Part shown: positions 51,737 through 64,000 of the stretch, piece by piece | Numbering within the stretch: position 1 is the first letter of the stretch | Layout of the letters: each line of letters opens with the position of its first letter | Notes under the pieces: model-generated | What the model was told of the DNA's origin: nothing | Database searches by the model: none | The model's input: the letters and a program-made list of their open reading frames with translations, nothing else | Made by a program: the position numbers and the translations under genes | NCBI GenBank assembly: GCA_021613535.1 | Contig: CP075497.1 | Coordinates: 12,648,001 to 12,712,000 of the forward strand | Source of the DNA: Adineta vaga | Lineage: Eukaryota > Animalia > Rotifera | Length of the DNA stretch: 64,000 nt | Direction of reading: 5' to 3'

Positions 51737-52797
51737 TTAATGAATTTGTGGTGCAATATATCTTGTCCAAATCATATTTTTTAATTCACTTCGAAGTAAA
51801 GCTGATTGAAGAAAACATGTATAACCTGTAATAGCATGATTAAAATATTCAAAAGCTAAACAAATATAAAAATAAATTGAAATATTTTGATGAAAAACTT
51901 CATTTTGATCAAATTTTGAATAAATATAAAAACAAAGGAATGCACGTGGAAGAATTGCAATCGATAAAATAGTTAAAAAGAATAAAATTCCAATCGATTC
52001 TTTAACTTTCACTTGTAATGATAAGGGTAAACGACGAATTTCTTTTAATAAAAATAAATTTATTATTAAAATACTTAAAATAGGTAATGATGTATCAAGA
52101 ATTAAATAAGAAATAATTCGAAAATATTTTTCATTTATACGAATAAAATTCAAAGAATAATTTTCATTTGTTTTTATAATTAATAATAAATAATTATAAT
52201 TAATTTCAAATGATTTATATCTTTTATTTAAATAATTTGGATATTGACTTAATAAACCAATGATTAAAATCAAGAATATTGAAAAAGTAAATTGACGATG
52301 TTGTTTTCGTTTATGTTTTGAACGCCAGTCTAAATGTGTATGATGTTCCCAATAACGAACTGTTAATAAACGTTCAATTGACATTAAAACCTTTATTTCG
52401 AAATAAAAAATTATTCGTAAAAGAAAAGGAATCAATTTACTTTGCACCAATTGACAACAAATACTGGATAACGATCGGTTGCAATATAGATGAATTTTGT
52501 CAATAAGTTTAATGAAATTAAATTCGAAAATAAGAAATAATAAAATATTGATGAAAATAAACGAATACAATCAAAAAAAGAAATTGTACCAATTAATAAA
52601 CCATAACTTACATGACGAAATGATGTTTTGTATATAATATAAATTAAAGCTAAATTACCTAAGATACCTAAGACACAACAGACTGATGAAAATATTCGAA
52701 TTATTTCAAATATTATTAATAAACTTTCATTTTCATTTCTTCGTGTTGAATTATATTGAGATTTGTTCAAGAAAGAATCTTCTTTATTGAGAAACAT
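51737..52797 (-). CDS. Divergent orphan class A GPCR
   Basis: GILGNLALI (TM1), VLMSIERL (TM3), seven hydrophobic segments; 50-bp intron at 52391-52440. Confidence 0.8.
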
Positions 52798-53483
52798 TTT
52801 GTTATGAAAAGAATATTTCATTCTCATTCTCTTCTCTTTCCTATTCAATTATCTAATGATTTCATCTGTTTATTATCAATACAAATTTACTTTGATGAAC
52901 ATCATTTCTATATGAAGTAATTTTCAGCATTTTTTTTATTAATATAAAAGATAAAAGAGATTTTATCAGTATATAAAGAGAATAATTTTAAAACTTTTGA
53001 TCTCTTCAAGATGAAACATTTTACATTATGAGCATTTCTTTTTCAAATAAAGTAAATATGTTTTATCTTATCGTTTTACAATTGAAAATAGAAATATGCA
53101 ATATATTCTCTACTACGATCTAATAACTTATCGTGTACTATCATTCTCTAGAAATCTTCCCGATAGAAAGAAACGAAACAAAACGTTCATGTTGAAAATG
53201 AGTAAATGTTCATCTTACAGATGGCGTCTATTTGAGGCAAAAACATTTGGGAGGAGTCTAAGATGTGTTCAATCTTTAATTTTTTTATCTTTCTATAAAG
53301 AATTTTCAATTGAAATCTGTTTTCAAGTTTGCCTTTGTTTATTATTTCACATCAGGCATTATCTAATTTAAAAAATTTGATAAATAAAATAATCAACTTT
53401 TTAATTAAGAATCTTTATTTCGTTTTCTTTCAAAAATCAATAAAGACAAGAAAATGAGAGACGAGAACGTCTAAGTTTATTAT

Positions 53484-56400
53484 TTAATAATGCTGTTGAT
53501 GTTTGAAAACACGTTCAAGCTTAAAAAAAATAGAAATCAATAAAGAAATTTATTTTAATTTAATTGAAATAACATACATTGAGTGTAACAACAGCACGTC
53601 GTAGAGCACTTCGAACTAATTGATTATACTTTGGATCAACGATAATTTCAAAATCAACAATTAAATTATTTTTCTTATCGGTTGAAATATTCGAAATTTC
53701 GATCGATTTAAGACCAACTCGTTGGAATTTACGGATTTCAGCTGCTAATATATATTTAAAATTTTGAGGAAATCGTCCGCAAAGTCGACTAGAAATTTGT
53801 TCCAATGTAACGCCTTCTAATAACAATGTTGAGCTGATTCTACGCAATGCGCATCGGGCACAAGCTGAATCAGTACGACCATCGTTACTATACGGAACAT
53901 CAGCTGATGTCGATAAAACCTACGAAAAGAACTGTTTTGCATCAATTCTAACTCATAAAAGAAAAAGCTTACTCTGACAACATGACCTGTGCGACGTTTT
54001 GTTACTTGAGTCTTGCGTGTCGGTTTAGGTTTACCTTCTTCAGATGAGGATGAAGATGATGATGATGAATCCGCTAAAACACAGAAAAATCCACATAGAT
54101 AACATCAAGCTTTTCTATTCAATAACAGCCACAATCAGGACATAATTGAAAAATTAATCAACTCCAATAATTCTTCTCAAACTGATAGATTTCGACAGAA
54201 ACACATTAAACATTGATCAAATGAACGTAACTCAACCCTTATCACACTCCACACATCCTCATGCAATTACAACTTACATGAATCGGACTCCGATCCTCGT
54301 TTTGGACCCCGAGTTCTATGTCCCTTATCCGACGGTTTTGCTGTCTTCTTTCCTCCACTTGTAGCACCTGGAGCTTTAGATGGTTTTGTTACACCAGATG
54401 GACGTGGTTTACGGCTACCTTGGTTGTTTTCATCTGAATCTGAGCTGCTGCTGCTGCTATCCAATGGACGTTTGCCTAAGAGCAAAAACTCAACATCAAC
54501 CTTATGGGAAGGAAGGATTACATACTTGGTTTTGGTCCTTTGGTTCCTTGTGGTGCAGCTTTGGCTGAAACGAAAGAGGGTGTCAATTATGGAAATGTAG
54601 AAAAAGAGAAATCAATATACTAGTTCCTGCAGCGCGAGTTGATTTTTGTGGTGCGGCTGTTCCGTTCGATGGTTTGCCGGTTGCTTTTGGTGTAGCCTTG
54701 GTAGCTTTGGTGGCTCCTGGGGCTTTTGTGCCCTTGGTTACACCAGATGGACGTGGTTTACGGCTGCCTTGGTTGTTTTCATCTGAATCTGAGCTGCTGC
54801 TGCACTGCTATCCACTGGACGTTTGCCTAAGAGCGAAAACTCAACATCAATCTTATGGGAAGGAAGGATTATATACTTGGTTTTGGTCCTTTGGTTCCTT
54901 GTGGTGCAGCTTTGGCTGAAACGAAAGAGGGTGTCAATTATGGAAATGTAGAAAAAGAGAAATCAATATACTAGTTCCTGCAGCGCGAGTTGATTTTTGT
55001 GGTGCGGCTGTTCCATTCGATGGTTTGCCGGTTGCTTTTGGTGTAGCCTTGGTAGCTTTGGTGGCTCCTGGGGCTTTTGTGCCCTTGGTTACACCAGATG
55101 GACGTGGTTTACGGCTACCTTGGTTGTTTTCATCTGAATCTGAGCTGCTGCTATCTTCTGGACGCTTGCCTAAGATGATACTGAATAGCGATGTTATCAA
55201 ACGGAGAAACTACATACTTGGTTTTGGTCCTTTGGTTCCTTGTGGTGCAGCTTTGGCTGAAATGAAAGAGGGTGTCAATTATGGAAATCTAGAAAAAGAG
55301 AAATCAATATACTTGTTCCTGCAGCGTGAGTTGATTTTTGTGGTGCTGCTGTTCCGTTCGATGGTTTGCCGGTTGCTTTTGGTGTTGCCTTGGTAGCTTT
55401 GGTGGCTCCTGGGGCTTTTGTGCCTTTGGTTACACCAGATGGACGTGGTTTACGGCTACCTTGGTTGTTTTCATCTGAATCCGAGCTGCTGCTATCTTCT
55501 GGACGCTTGCCTAAGAGACGATACTGAATAGCAATGTTATCAAACGGAGAAACTACATACTTGGTTTTGGTCCTTTGGTTCCTTGTGGTGCAGCTTTGGC
55601 TAAAATGGAATAATATGTTATTTATGAAATTGGGAAGGAAAAATAGCTTTGTACTTGTTCCTGCAGCATGAGTTGATTTTTGTGGTGCTGCTGTTCCATT
55701 CGATGGTTTGCCGGTTGCTTTTGGTGTAGCCTTGGTAGCTTTGGTGGCTCCTGGGGCTTTTGTGCCCTTGGTTACACCAGATGGACGTGGTTTACGGCTA
55801 CCTTGGTTGTTTTCATCTGAATCCGAGCTGCTGCTATCTTCTGGACGCTTGCCTAAGATGATACTGAATAGCGATGTTATCAAACGGAGAAACTACATAC
55901 TTGGTTTTGGTCCTTTGGTTCCTTGTGGTGCAGCTTTGGCTGAAATGAAAGAGGGTGTCAATTATGGAAATCTAGAAAAAGAGAAATCAATATACTTGTT
56001 CCTGCAGCGTGAGTTGATTTTTGTGGTGCTGCTGTTCCGTTCGATGGTTTGCCGGTTGCTTTTGGTGTTGCCTTGGTAGCTTTGGTGGCTCCTGGGGCTT
56101 TTGTGCCCTTGGTTACACCAGATGGACGTGGTTTACGGCTACCTTGGTTGTTTTCATCTGAATCCGAGCTGCTGCTATCTTCTGGACGCTTGCCTAAGAT
56201 GATACTGAATAGCGATGTTATCAAACGGAGAAACTACATACTTGGTTTTGGTCCTTTGGTTCCTTGTGGTGCAGCTTTGGCTGAAATGAAAGAGGGTGTC
56301 AATTATGGAAATCTAGAAAAAGAGAAATCAATATACTTGTTCCTGCAGCGTGAGTTGATTTTTGTGGTGCTGCTGTTCCGTTCGATGGTTTGCCGGTTGC

Positions 56401-59400
56401 TTTTGGTGTTGCCTTGGTAGCTTTGGTGGCTCCTGGGGCTTTTGTGCCTTTGGTTACACCAGATGGACGTGGTTTACGGCTACCTTGGTTGTTTTCATCT
56501 GAATCCGAGCTGCTGCTATCTTCTGGACGCTTGCCTAAGAGACGATACTGAATAGCAATGTTATCAAACGGAGAAACTACATACTTGGTTTTGGTCCTTT
56601 GGTTCCTTGTGGTGCAGCTTTGGCTAAAATGGAATAATATGTTATTTATGAAATTGGGAAGGAAAAATAGCTTTGTACTTGTTCCTGCAGCATGAGTTGA
56701 TTTTTGTGGTGCTGCTGTTCCATTCGATGGTTTGCCGGTTGCTTTTGGTGTAGCCTTGGTAGCTTTGGTGGCTCCTGGGGCTTTTGTGCCCTTGGTTACA
56801 CCAGATGGACGTGGTTTACGGCTACCTTGGTTGTTTTCATCTGAATCCGAGCTGCTGCTATCTTCTGGACGCTTGCCTAAGATGATACTGAATAGCGATG
56901 TTATCAAACGGAGAAACTACATACTTGGTTTTGGTCCTTTGGTTCCTTGTGGTGCAGCTTTGGCTGAAATGAAAGAGGGTGTCAATTATGGAAATCTAGA
57001 AAAAGAGAAATCAATATACTTGTTCCTGCAGCGTGAGTTGATTTTTGTGGTGCTGCTGTTCCGTTCGATGGTTTGCCGGTTGCTTTTGTGTTGCCTTGGT
57101 AGCTTTGGTGGCTCCTGGGGCTTTTGTGCCTTTGGTTACACCAGATGGACGTGGTTTACGGCTACCTTGGTTGTTTTCATCTGAATCCGAGCTGCTGCTA
57201 TCTTCTGGACGCTTGCCTAAGAGACGATACTGAATAGCAATGTTATCAAACGGAGAAACTACATACTTGGTTTTGGTCCTTTGGTTCCTTGTGGTGCAGC
57301 TTTAGCTGAAACAAAAGAATATGTTATTTACGAAATCAGGAAGGAGAGATAGGTTTGTACTTGTTCCTGCAGCGCGAGTTGATTTTTGTGGTGCTGCTGT
57401 TCCGTTTGATGGTGTGCCTGTTGCCTTTGGTGTGGCTTTGGTAGCTTTCGTGGCTCCTGGGGCTTTTGTGCCCTTGGTTACACCAGATGGACGTGGTTTA
57501 CGGCTACCTTGGTTGTTTTCATCTGAATCCGAGCTGCTGCTATCTTCTGGACGCTTGCCTAAGATGATACTGAATAGCGATGTTATCAAACGGAGAAACT
57601 ACATACTTGGTTTTGGTCCTTTGGTTCCTTGTGGTGCAGCTTTGGCTGAAATGAAAGAGGGTGTCAATTATGGAAATCTAGAAAAAGAGAAATCAATATA
57701 CTTGTTCCTGCAGCGCGAGTTGATTTTTGTGGTGCTGCTGTTCCGTTTGATGGTGTGCCTGTTGCCTTTGGTGTGGCTTTTTTGTAGCTTTCGTGGCTCC
57801 TGGGGCTTTTGTGCCCTTGGTTACACCAGATGGACGTGGTTTACGGCTACCTTGGTTGTTTTCATCTGAATCCGAGCTGCTGCTATCTTCTGGACGCTTG
57901 CCTAAGAGACGATACTGAATAGCAATGTTATCAAACGGAGAAACTACATACTTGGTTTTGGTCCTTTGGTTCCTTGTGGTGCAGCTTTGGCTAAAATGGA
58001 ATAATATGTTATTTATGAAATCGGGAGGGAAAAATAGCTTTGTACTTGTTCCTGCAGCGTGAGTTGATTTTTGTGGTGCTGCTGTTCCATTCGATGGTTT
58101 GCCGGTTGCTTTTGGTGTAGCCTTGGTAGCTTTGGTGGCTCCTGGGGCTTTTGTGCCCTTGGTTACACCAGATGGACGTGGTTTACGGCTACCTTGGTTG
58201 TTTTCATCTGAATCTGAGCTGCTGCTATCTGGACGCCTAAGATGATACTGAATAGCGATGTTATCAAACGGAGAAACTACATACTTGGTTTTGGTCCTTT
58301 GGTTCCTTGTGGTGCAGCTTTGGCTAAAATGGAATAATATGTTATTTATGAAATTGGGAAGGAAAAATAGCTTTGTACTTGTTCCTGCAGCATGAGTTGA
58401 TTTTTGTGGTGCTGCTGTTCCATTCGATGGTTTGCCGGTTGCTTTTGGTGTTGCCTTGGTAGCTTTGGTGGCTCCTGGGGCTTTTGTGCCCTTGGTTACA
58501 CCAGATGGACGTGGTTTACGGCTACCTTGGTTGTTTTCATCTGAATCCGAGCTGCTGCTATCTTCTGGACGCTTGCCTAAGATGATACTGAATAGCGATG
58601 TTATCAAACGGAGAAACTACATACTTGGTTTTGGTCCTTTGGTTCCTTGTGGTGCAGCTTTGGCTGAAATGAAAGAGGGTGTCAATTATGGAAATCTAGA
58701 AAAAGAGAAATCAATATACTTGTTCCTGCAGCGTGAGTTGATTTTTGTGGTGCTGCTGTTCCATTCGATGGTTTGCCGGTTGCTTTTGGTGTAGCCTTGG
58801 TAGCTTTGGTGGCTCCTGGGGCTTTTGTGCCCTTGGTTACACCAGATGGACGTGGTTTACGGCTACCTTGGTTGTTTTCATCTGAATCCGAGCTGCTGCT
58901 ATCTTCTGGACGCTTGCCTAAGATGATACTGAATAGCGATGTTATCAAACGGAGAAACTACATACTTGGTTTTGGTCCTTTGGTTCCTTGTGGTGCAGCT
59001 TTGGCTAAAATGGAATAATATGTTATTTATGAAATTGGGAAGGAAAAATAGCTTTGTACTTGTTCCTGCAGCATGAGTTGATTTTTGTGGTGCTGCTGTT
59101 CCATTCGATGGTTTGCCGGTTGCTTTTGGTGTTGCCTTGGTAGCTTTGGTGGCTCCTGGGGCTTTTGTGCCTTTGGTTACACCAGATGGACGTGGTTTAC
59201 GGCTACCTTGGTTGTTTTCATCTGAATCCGAGCTGCTGCTATCTTCTGGACGCTTGCCTAAGATGATACTGAATAGCGATGTTATCAAACGGAGAAACTA
59301 CATACTTGGTTTTGGTCCTTTGGTTCCTTGTGGTGCAGCTTTGGCTGAAATGAAAGAGGGTGTCAATTATGGAAATCTAGAAAAAGAGAAATCAATATAC

Positions 59401-62400
59401 TTGTTCCTGCAGCGTGAGTTGATTTTTGTGGTGCTGCTGTTCCATTCGATGGTTTGCCGGTTGCTTTTGGTGTAGCCTTGGTAGCTTTGGTGGCTCCTGG
59501 GGCTTTTGTGCCCTTGGTTACACCAGATGGACGTGGTTTACGGCTACCTTGGTTGTTTTCATCTGAATCCGAGCTGCTGCTATCTTCTGGACGCTTGCCT
59601 AAGATGATACTGAATAGCGATGTTATCAAACGGAGAAACTACATACTTGGTTTTGGTCCTTTGGTTCCTTGTGGTGCAGCTTTGGCTAAAATGGAATAAT
59701 ATGTTATTTATGAAATCGGGAGGGAAAAATAGCTTTGTACTTGTTCCTGCAGCGTGAGTTGATTTTTGTGGTGCTGCTGTTCCGTTCGATGGTTTGCCGG
59801 TTGCTTTTGGTGTTGCCTTGGTAGCTTTGGTGGCTCCTGGGGCTTTTGTGCCTTTGGTTACACCAGATGGACGTGGTTTACGGCTACCTTGGTTGTTTTC
59901 ATCTGAATCTGAATCTGAGCAGCTGCTTCCATCGGGACGTTTACCTAGGGTAGAAAGAGTGGTTTTGTTGTTGATAAATTATTATTTATGTATACGGTAG
60001 GATGTAAAAGTATTTATTGATGAAAGTTTTGAACGCTCCCCCTTTAAACGTGGGATATATAAACTTTTCTGTTGTTATATATCTGAGTCGCTTATGTCAA
60101 TAAAATTCCTGATTAGAATTCCAATACGGTCTGCGAGTTCACAGCGAGGAAAAACGTGATGTCCTCGCAAGCAGCCGTAAACGTTATAAAGTGCACAATG
60201 GCGTTTTATATTTGTAGAGTTGTCGGATTAGAATCATTTCATTCAGAGCGATTTTGATGTGTTTGATTGGTATGCGTTGTTTAGAACATCTAGGAATACA
60301 GTTCACGTAGTTTGAGACTCATTGAAAGTAGTTGAGTAAAAGCAACTTTGTCGATATATGGGTGATGAATCATTCTGATTGACTTAGTGTGGCGGACTGC
60401 TGCACTTCGCGATGTTGAAAATGTTATCGTATACAGTGTGGGTATGAGTGATCATTATGCAGTACTATGGAATCACTGTCATTGTGAATACTATTTCAGT
60501 AATGAAAGGTTACGTATGGATGAAACTACATAACAGTTTCCAGGGAATACTAGTCTGATTCAAAAATAATCACGTTGCTACAGAACATTTACGAAACATC
60601 ACAGACAGCTGTTCTAATTGGAAATGATGATGGCGAGTGGTTCCAAACAGACGTAGGAACAAGACAAGGCGATCCTTTGTCACCACTTCTCTTCATCGCA
60701 TATCTAGAAAAAGTAATGGATCAGGTGAGACAGAATACCTGCGGAATCAATGTCAGCGGAATACTTATAAACAACCTAAGATTCGCAGACGATATTGATC
60801 TCATAGATGTAGATCTTAGCTCACTACAACGCCAAATTGAGCTAACGAGAACAGCAGCCGAGCAATCTGGACTGATGCTAAATATAAATAAAACTAAAAC
60901 TATGGTATTTGGGGACAGGAGTATTGAAAATAGAATACAGGTAGCAGACGACACCATAGAAAATGTAGAAAAATTCGTATATCTCTGCAGTTTTATCACC
61001 TGGGATAATAACTGTTCAGAAGAAATCAAAAGGCGAGTAGGAAAAGCGACAGGTGCATTAGCTTCTTTGAAGCATATTTGGAACAGCAAAGAACTGAAGA
61101 TAGAAAACAAACTAAGAATTCTAACCACGTGTGTCTTTAGTGTCCTACTATACGCTTCGGAGACATGAACTATAAAAGAAGCAGACAAGAAATAGCTGTT
61201 GGCATTTGAAATGAAATGTTACCGACGAATTTTAAGAATAAGTTGGCAAGATGTGATACGAAACGAAGATATTTGAAAAAGAATATCAAGAGAGGAGACA
61301 ATAATCGACATCATAAAGAAGAGAAAGTTGAGGTTATTTGGTCACATCTGCAGAATGGACGACAGTAGATTGATAAAACATCTACTATTTGGCAAGATAG
61401 ACGGAAAATCTCGAAGGAGACGTCCATGGAGAGAATGGCTGGATGATATAACTGACTGGTGTCAACGCAGTGGACACGGGCTGTTCCACCTTGCGCAAGA
61501 CCGACAGGCGTGGAAAAATCTGATCTCGTAAATGGTTAGCCTCAACGGGCGCTAAGCCTATGGGAAATGACGATGATGATGATGACTAGTTTCATTAGGT
61601 GCATAGAGGTAGGACCTAATGTTTGTATCTAACTCCAGAATAATAACTCGAGAAGGTGTGAAACAGCCTTACGCAAAGTGTATTTAATATACAGCGATTG
61701 TTTTTGCACTCCACAGTACATACGCCGTTGAACCGGCTGCGTATATTAGATGAAATCTTTCGTCTTTTTTTCGATTCAGTTATGAAACTTGCAGATAGTA
61801 TTGAATTTCGAGTGGAATAGGGAGTCCTGTGTTTAACTTTTAATTATAATGTTGGAAAAGAGTTCTGTCGATGCGAAACTGTCCGAATGTTATCACAACT
61901 CAGTGGGGTGTAAAGAAGTATAATGGAAGTCAATGTTCATTACTTTATATGCTTTCGATTGACAAAAACTGCAATAGTGGGGAAAAAAATGAGCTTCTTC
62001 TTTCTGGTCATATTATACAATAAAACCTGTGAATGGTATTTTTTAGTGACTATGCTGCTTCTTTGGACAAGTAAAGTTGTTCGTATTAACTGGTAAATCA
62101 AGAGAAATAGTGAAATCGAATCTAGGAAAAAAATTTCCATGTAATGCCTTATTAACAGGTTCATCGTTCTTTGCGAAGATCGGGTCATAGAAAACACCAT
62201 TCTTCGAACGTCCAGGCTTACTTACCTGCTAATTCATCACTATCTCCCAACGAATTCTCCTCGTACTTCCAATTGTTGTTATCCCCCTATCATTTATTCC
62301 CATTACGCTCCATATTGCGCTCATCACATTTCAACTCAGCACTGAATATACTATACAAACGAGATATGTATTCCATTCCAATTCGCAGCATGCTAAACAT

Positions 62401-64000
62401 CCAGAAATGAGCGACATGCGTACGAGCACATCATGGAATATGCGAACATAGTGTTACACTCTCATTACTCAGCTTCAATATATCTATTATTCTACTTCGT
62501 GGCAGTGCTCTATCAACCATAAATAACATAATCATATTCCTAAGACCATCTTCTCATTCTCCTACAATATCCAACAGCAAAAAGACCTCACTCCCATTGT
62601 CCGCCTTTGAAAATAAAGCTTCAGCCAACAGCTCTAAGTCAACCCAACAACTACCAAAACTCACGGATCATTATGAACGCAACTTATTCCAAAAGAACCT
62701 TCATTTCTAACAAATATACGCAACGCTCTCACACAGAATCACAACTCTTACTTTGTTTCGGCAATTTGGTTGTTCCATGTGGAGCAGCAGTAGCTTTAGA
62801 TGGATGAGCAGCCTTGGTGGTTCCTTGTGGAGCACCTGTGGCTTTCGATGGTTCTGCAGACTTGGTGGTTCCAGCTGGTTTGGGTTGTTTGCTTGATTTC
62901 TTTTCATCACTTTCACTCGAAGCCTTGCCACCCTTTGTTGGTTGACCAGATTTGGTTGTTCCATGTGGAGCAGCAGTAGCTTTAGATGGTTGAGCAGCTT
63001 TGGTTGTTCCTTGTGGAGCACCTGTGGCTTTCGATGGTTCTGCAGCCTTGGTGGTTCCAGCTGGTTTGGGTTGTTTGCTCGATTTCTTTTCATCACTTTC
63101 ACTCGAAGCTTTACCACCCTTTGTTGGTTGACCAGATTTGGTTGTTCCATGTGGAGCAGCAGTAGCTTTAGATGGTTGAGCAGCTTTGGTGGTTCCTTGT
63201 GGAGCACCTGTGGCTTTCGATGGTTCTGCAGCCTTGGTGGTTCCAGCTGGTTTCGGTTGTTTGCTCGATTTCTTTTCATCACTTTCACTCGAAGCCTTGC
63301 CACCCTTTGTTGGTTGACCAGATTTGGTTGTTCCATGTGGAGCACCTGTGGCTTTCGATGGTTCTGCAGCCTTGGTGGTTCCAGCTGGTTTGGGTTGTTT
63401 GCTCGATTTCTTTTCATCACTTTCACTCGAAGCTTTACCACCCTTTGTTGGTTGACCAGATTTGGTTGTTCCATGAGGAGCAGCTGTAGCTTTAGATGGT
63501 TGAGCAGCTTTGGTTGTTCCTTGTGGAGCACCTGTGGCTTTCGATGGTTGACCAGCTTTGGTGGTTCCAGCAGGTTTGGGCTGTTTGCTTGACTTGTTTT
63601 CATCACTTTCACTCGAAGCTTTACCACCCTTTGTTGGTTGACCAGATTTGGTTGTTCCATGTGGAGCAGCAGTAGCTTTAGATGGTTGAGCAGCTTTGGT
63701 TGTTCCTTGTGGAGCACCTGTGGCTTTCGATGGTTCTGCAGCCTTGGTGGTTCCAGCTGGTTTGGGTTGTTTGCTTGATTTCTTTTCATCACTTTCACTC
63801 GCAGCTTTACCACCCTTTGTTGGTTGACCAGATTTGGTTGTTCCATGTGGAGCAGCAGTAGCTTTAGATGGTTGAGCAGCTTTGGTGGTTCCTTGTGGAG
63901 CACCTGTGGCTTTCGATGGTTCTGCAGCCTTGGTGGTTCCAGCTGGTTTGGGTTGTTTGCTTGATTTCTTTTCATCACTTTCACTTGAAGCCTTGCCACC
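53484..64000 (-). CDS. Very large repetitive Lys/Thr/Ala/Pro/Gly + Ser/Asp block protein with a C-terminal SEA-like domain (5' end outside window)
   Basis: Exon >=62752-64000 (62-aa repeats), 2.8-kb intron 59945-62751, ~16 two-exon cassettes, then unique exons ending ...NLIVDFEIIVDPKY...VVTLN-LERVFKHQQHY*. All repeat junctions are phase-1 GT-AG. Confidence 0.85.
54527..59944 (-). repeat. ~16 tandem ~341-bp exon-intron-exon-intron cassettes
   Basis: Unit = 198-bp exon + 55/56-bp intron + 39-bp exon + 48/50-bp intron; several intron variants alternate along the array. Confidence 0.95.
60555..61584 (+). mobile_element. 5'-truncated RTE-like non-LTR retrotransposon (dead), antisense within an intron
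   Basis: RT motifs GTRQGDPLSPLLF and LRFADD, C-terminal RLFGHICRM..GKSRRRRP..W; in-frame stops; (GAT)n tail; ACTAGT TSD at 60549-60554 / 61585-61590. Confidence 0.92.
62752..64000 (-). repeat. Intron-less 186-bp coding tandem repeat (~7 units, one 138-bp variant)
   Basis: True frame encodes GGKASSESDEKKSSKQPKPAGTTKAAEPSKATGAPQGTTKAAQPSKATAAPHGTTKSGQPTK. Confidence 0.92.

Noticed and set aside
54527-59944. CRISPR-like repeat/spacer appearance
   Set aside because: Units are ~341 bp, and the 'spacers' are recurring GT-AG introns in a eukaryotic gene.
54674-60000. Repeated plus-strand hydrophobic ORFs (MPVAFGVALVALVAPG...)
   Set aside because: Antisense shadows of the repeat exons; the splice signals are on the minus strand.
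62707-63999. 430-aa ORF (MARLQVKVMK...) in the ORF track
   Set aside because: Wrong frame of the 186-bp repeat; the frame matching the splice phase and the downstream exons encodes the GTTKAA repeat.

Overview
AT-rich, gene-dense eukaryotic DNA with many short (~47-65 bp) GT-AG introns. The gene families, intron sizes and transposon types suggest a bdelloid rotifer (inference). Apparently intact genes: a secreted 6-Cys antimicrobial-peptide-like precursor, two class A GPCRs, a tandem pair of Cys-rich secreted/GPI-type genes, a GT61 glycosyltransferase, tRNA-Ser(CGA), CFAP90/C5orf49, a multi-zinc-finger RBR E3 ligase and an EGF+TM2 protein. The window ends in the 3' >10 kb of a large repetitive polyampholyte protein gene built from ~16 tandem exon-intron cassettes. 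Accessory DNA includes an intron-bearing bacterial/fungal-type oxalate-decarboxylase pseudogene, a mosaic third copy of the Cys-rich gene, F-box pseudogenes, Helitron-like elements, EnSpm-, hAT- and P-like MITEs, an env-bearing LTR retroelement remnant inside long inverted repeats, and an RTE LINE. The most unusual signal is a stereotyped +2 AT/TA insertion immediately 5' of GG, seen seven times across three separate pseudogenes.
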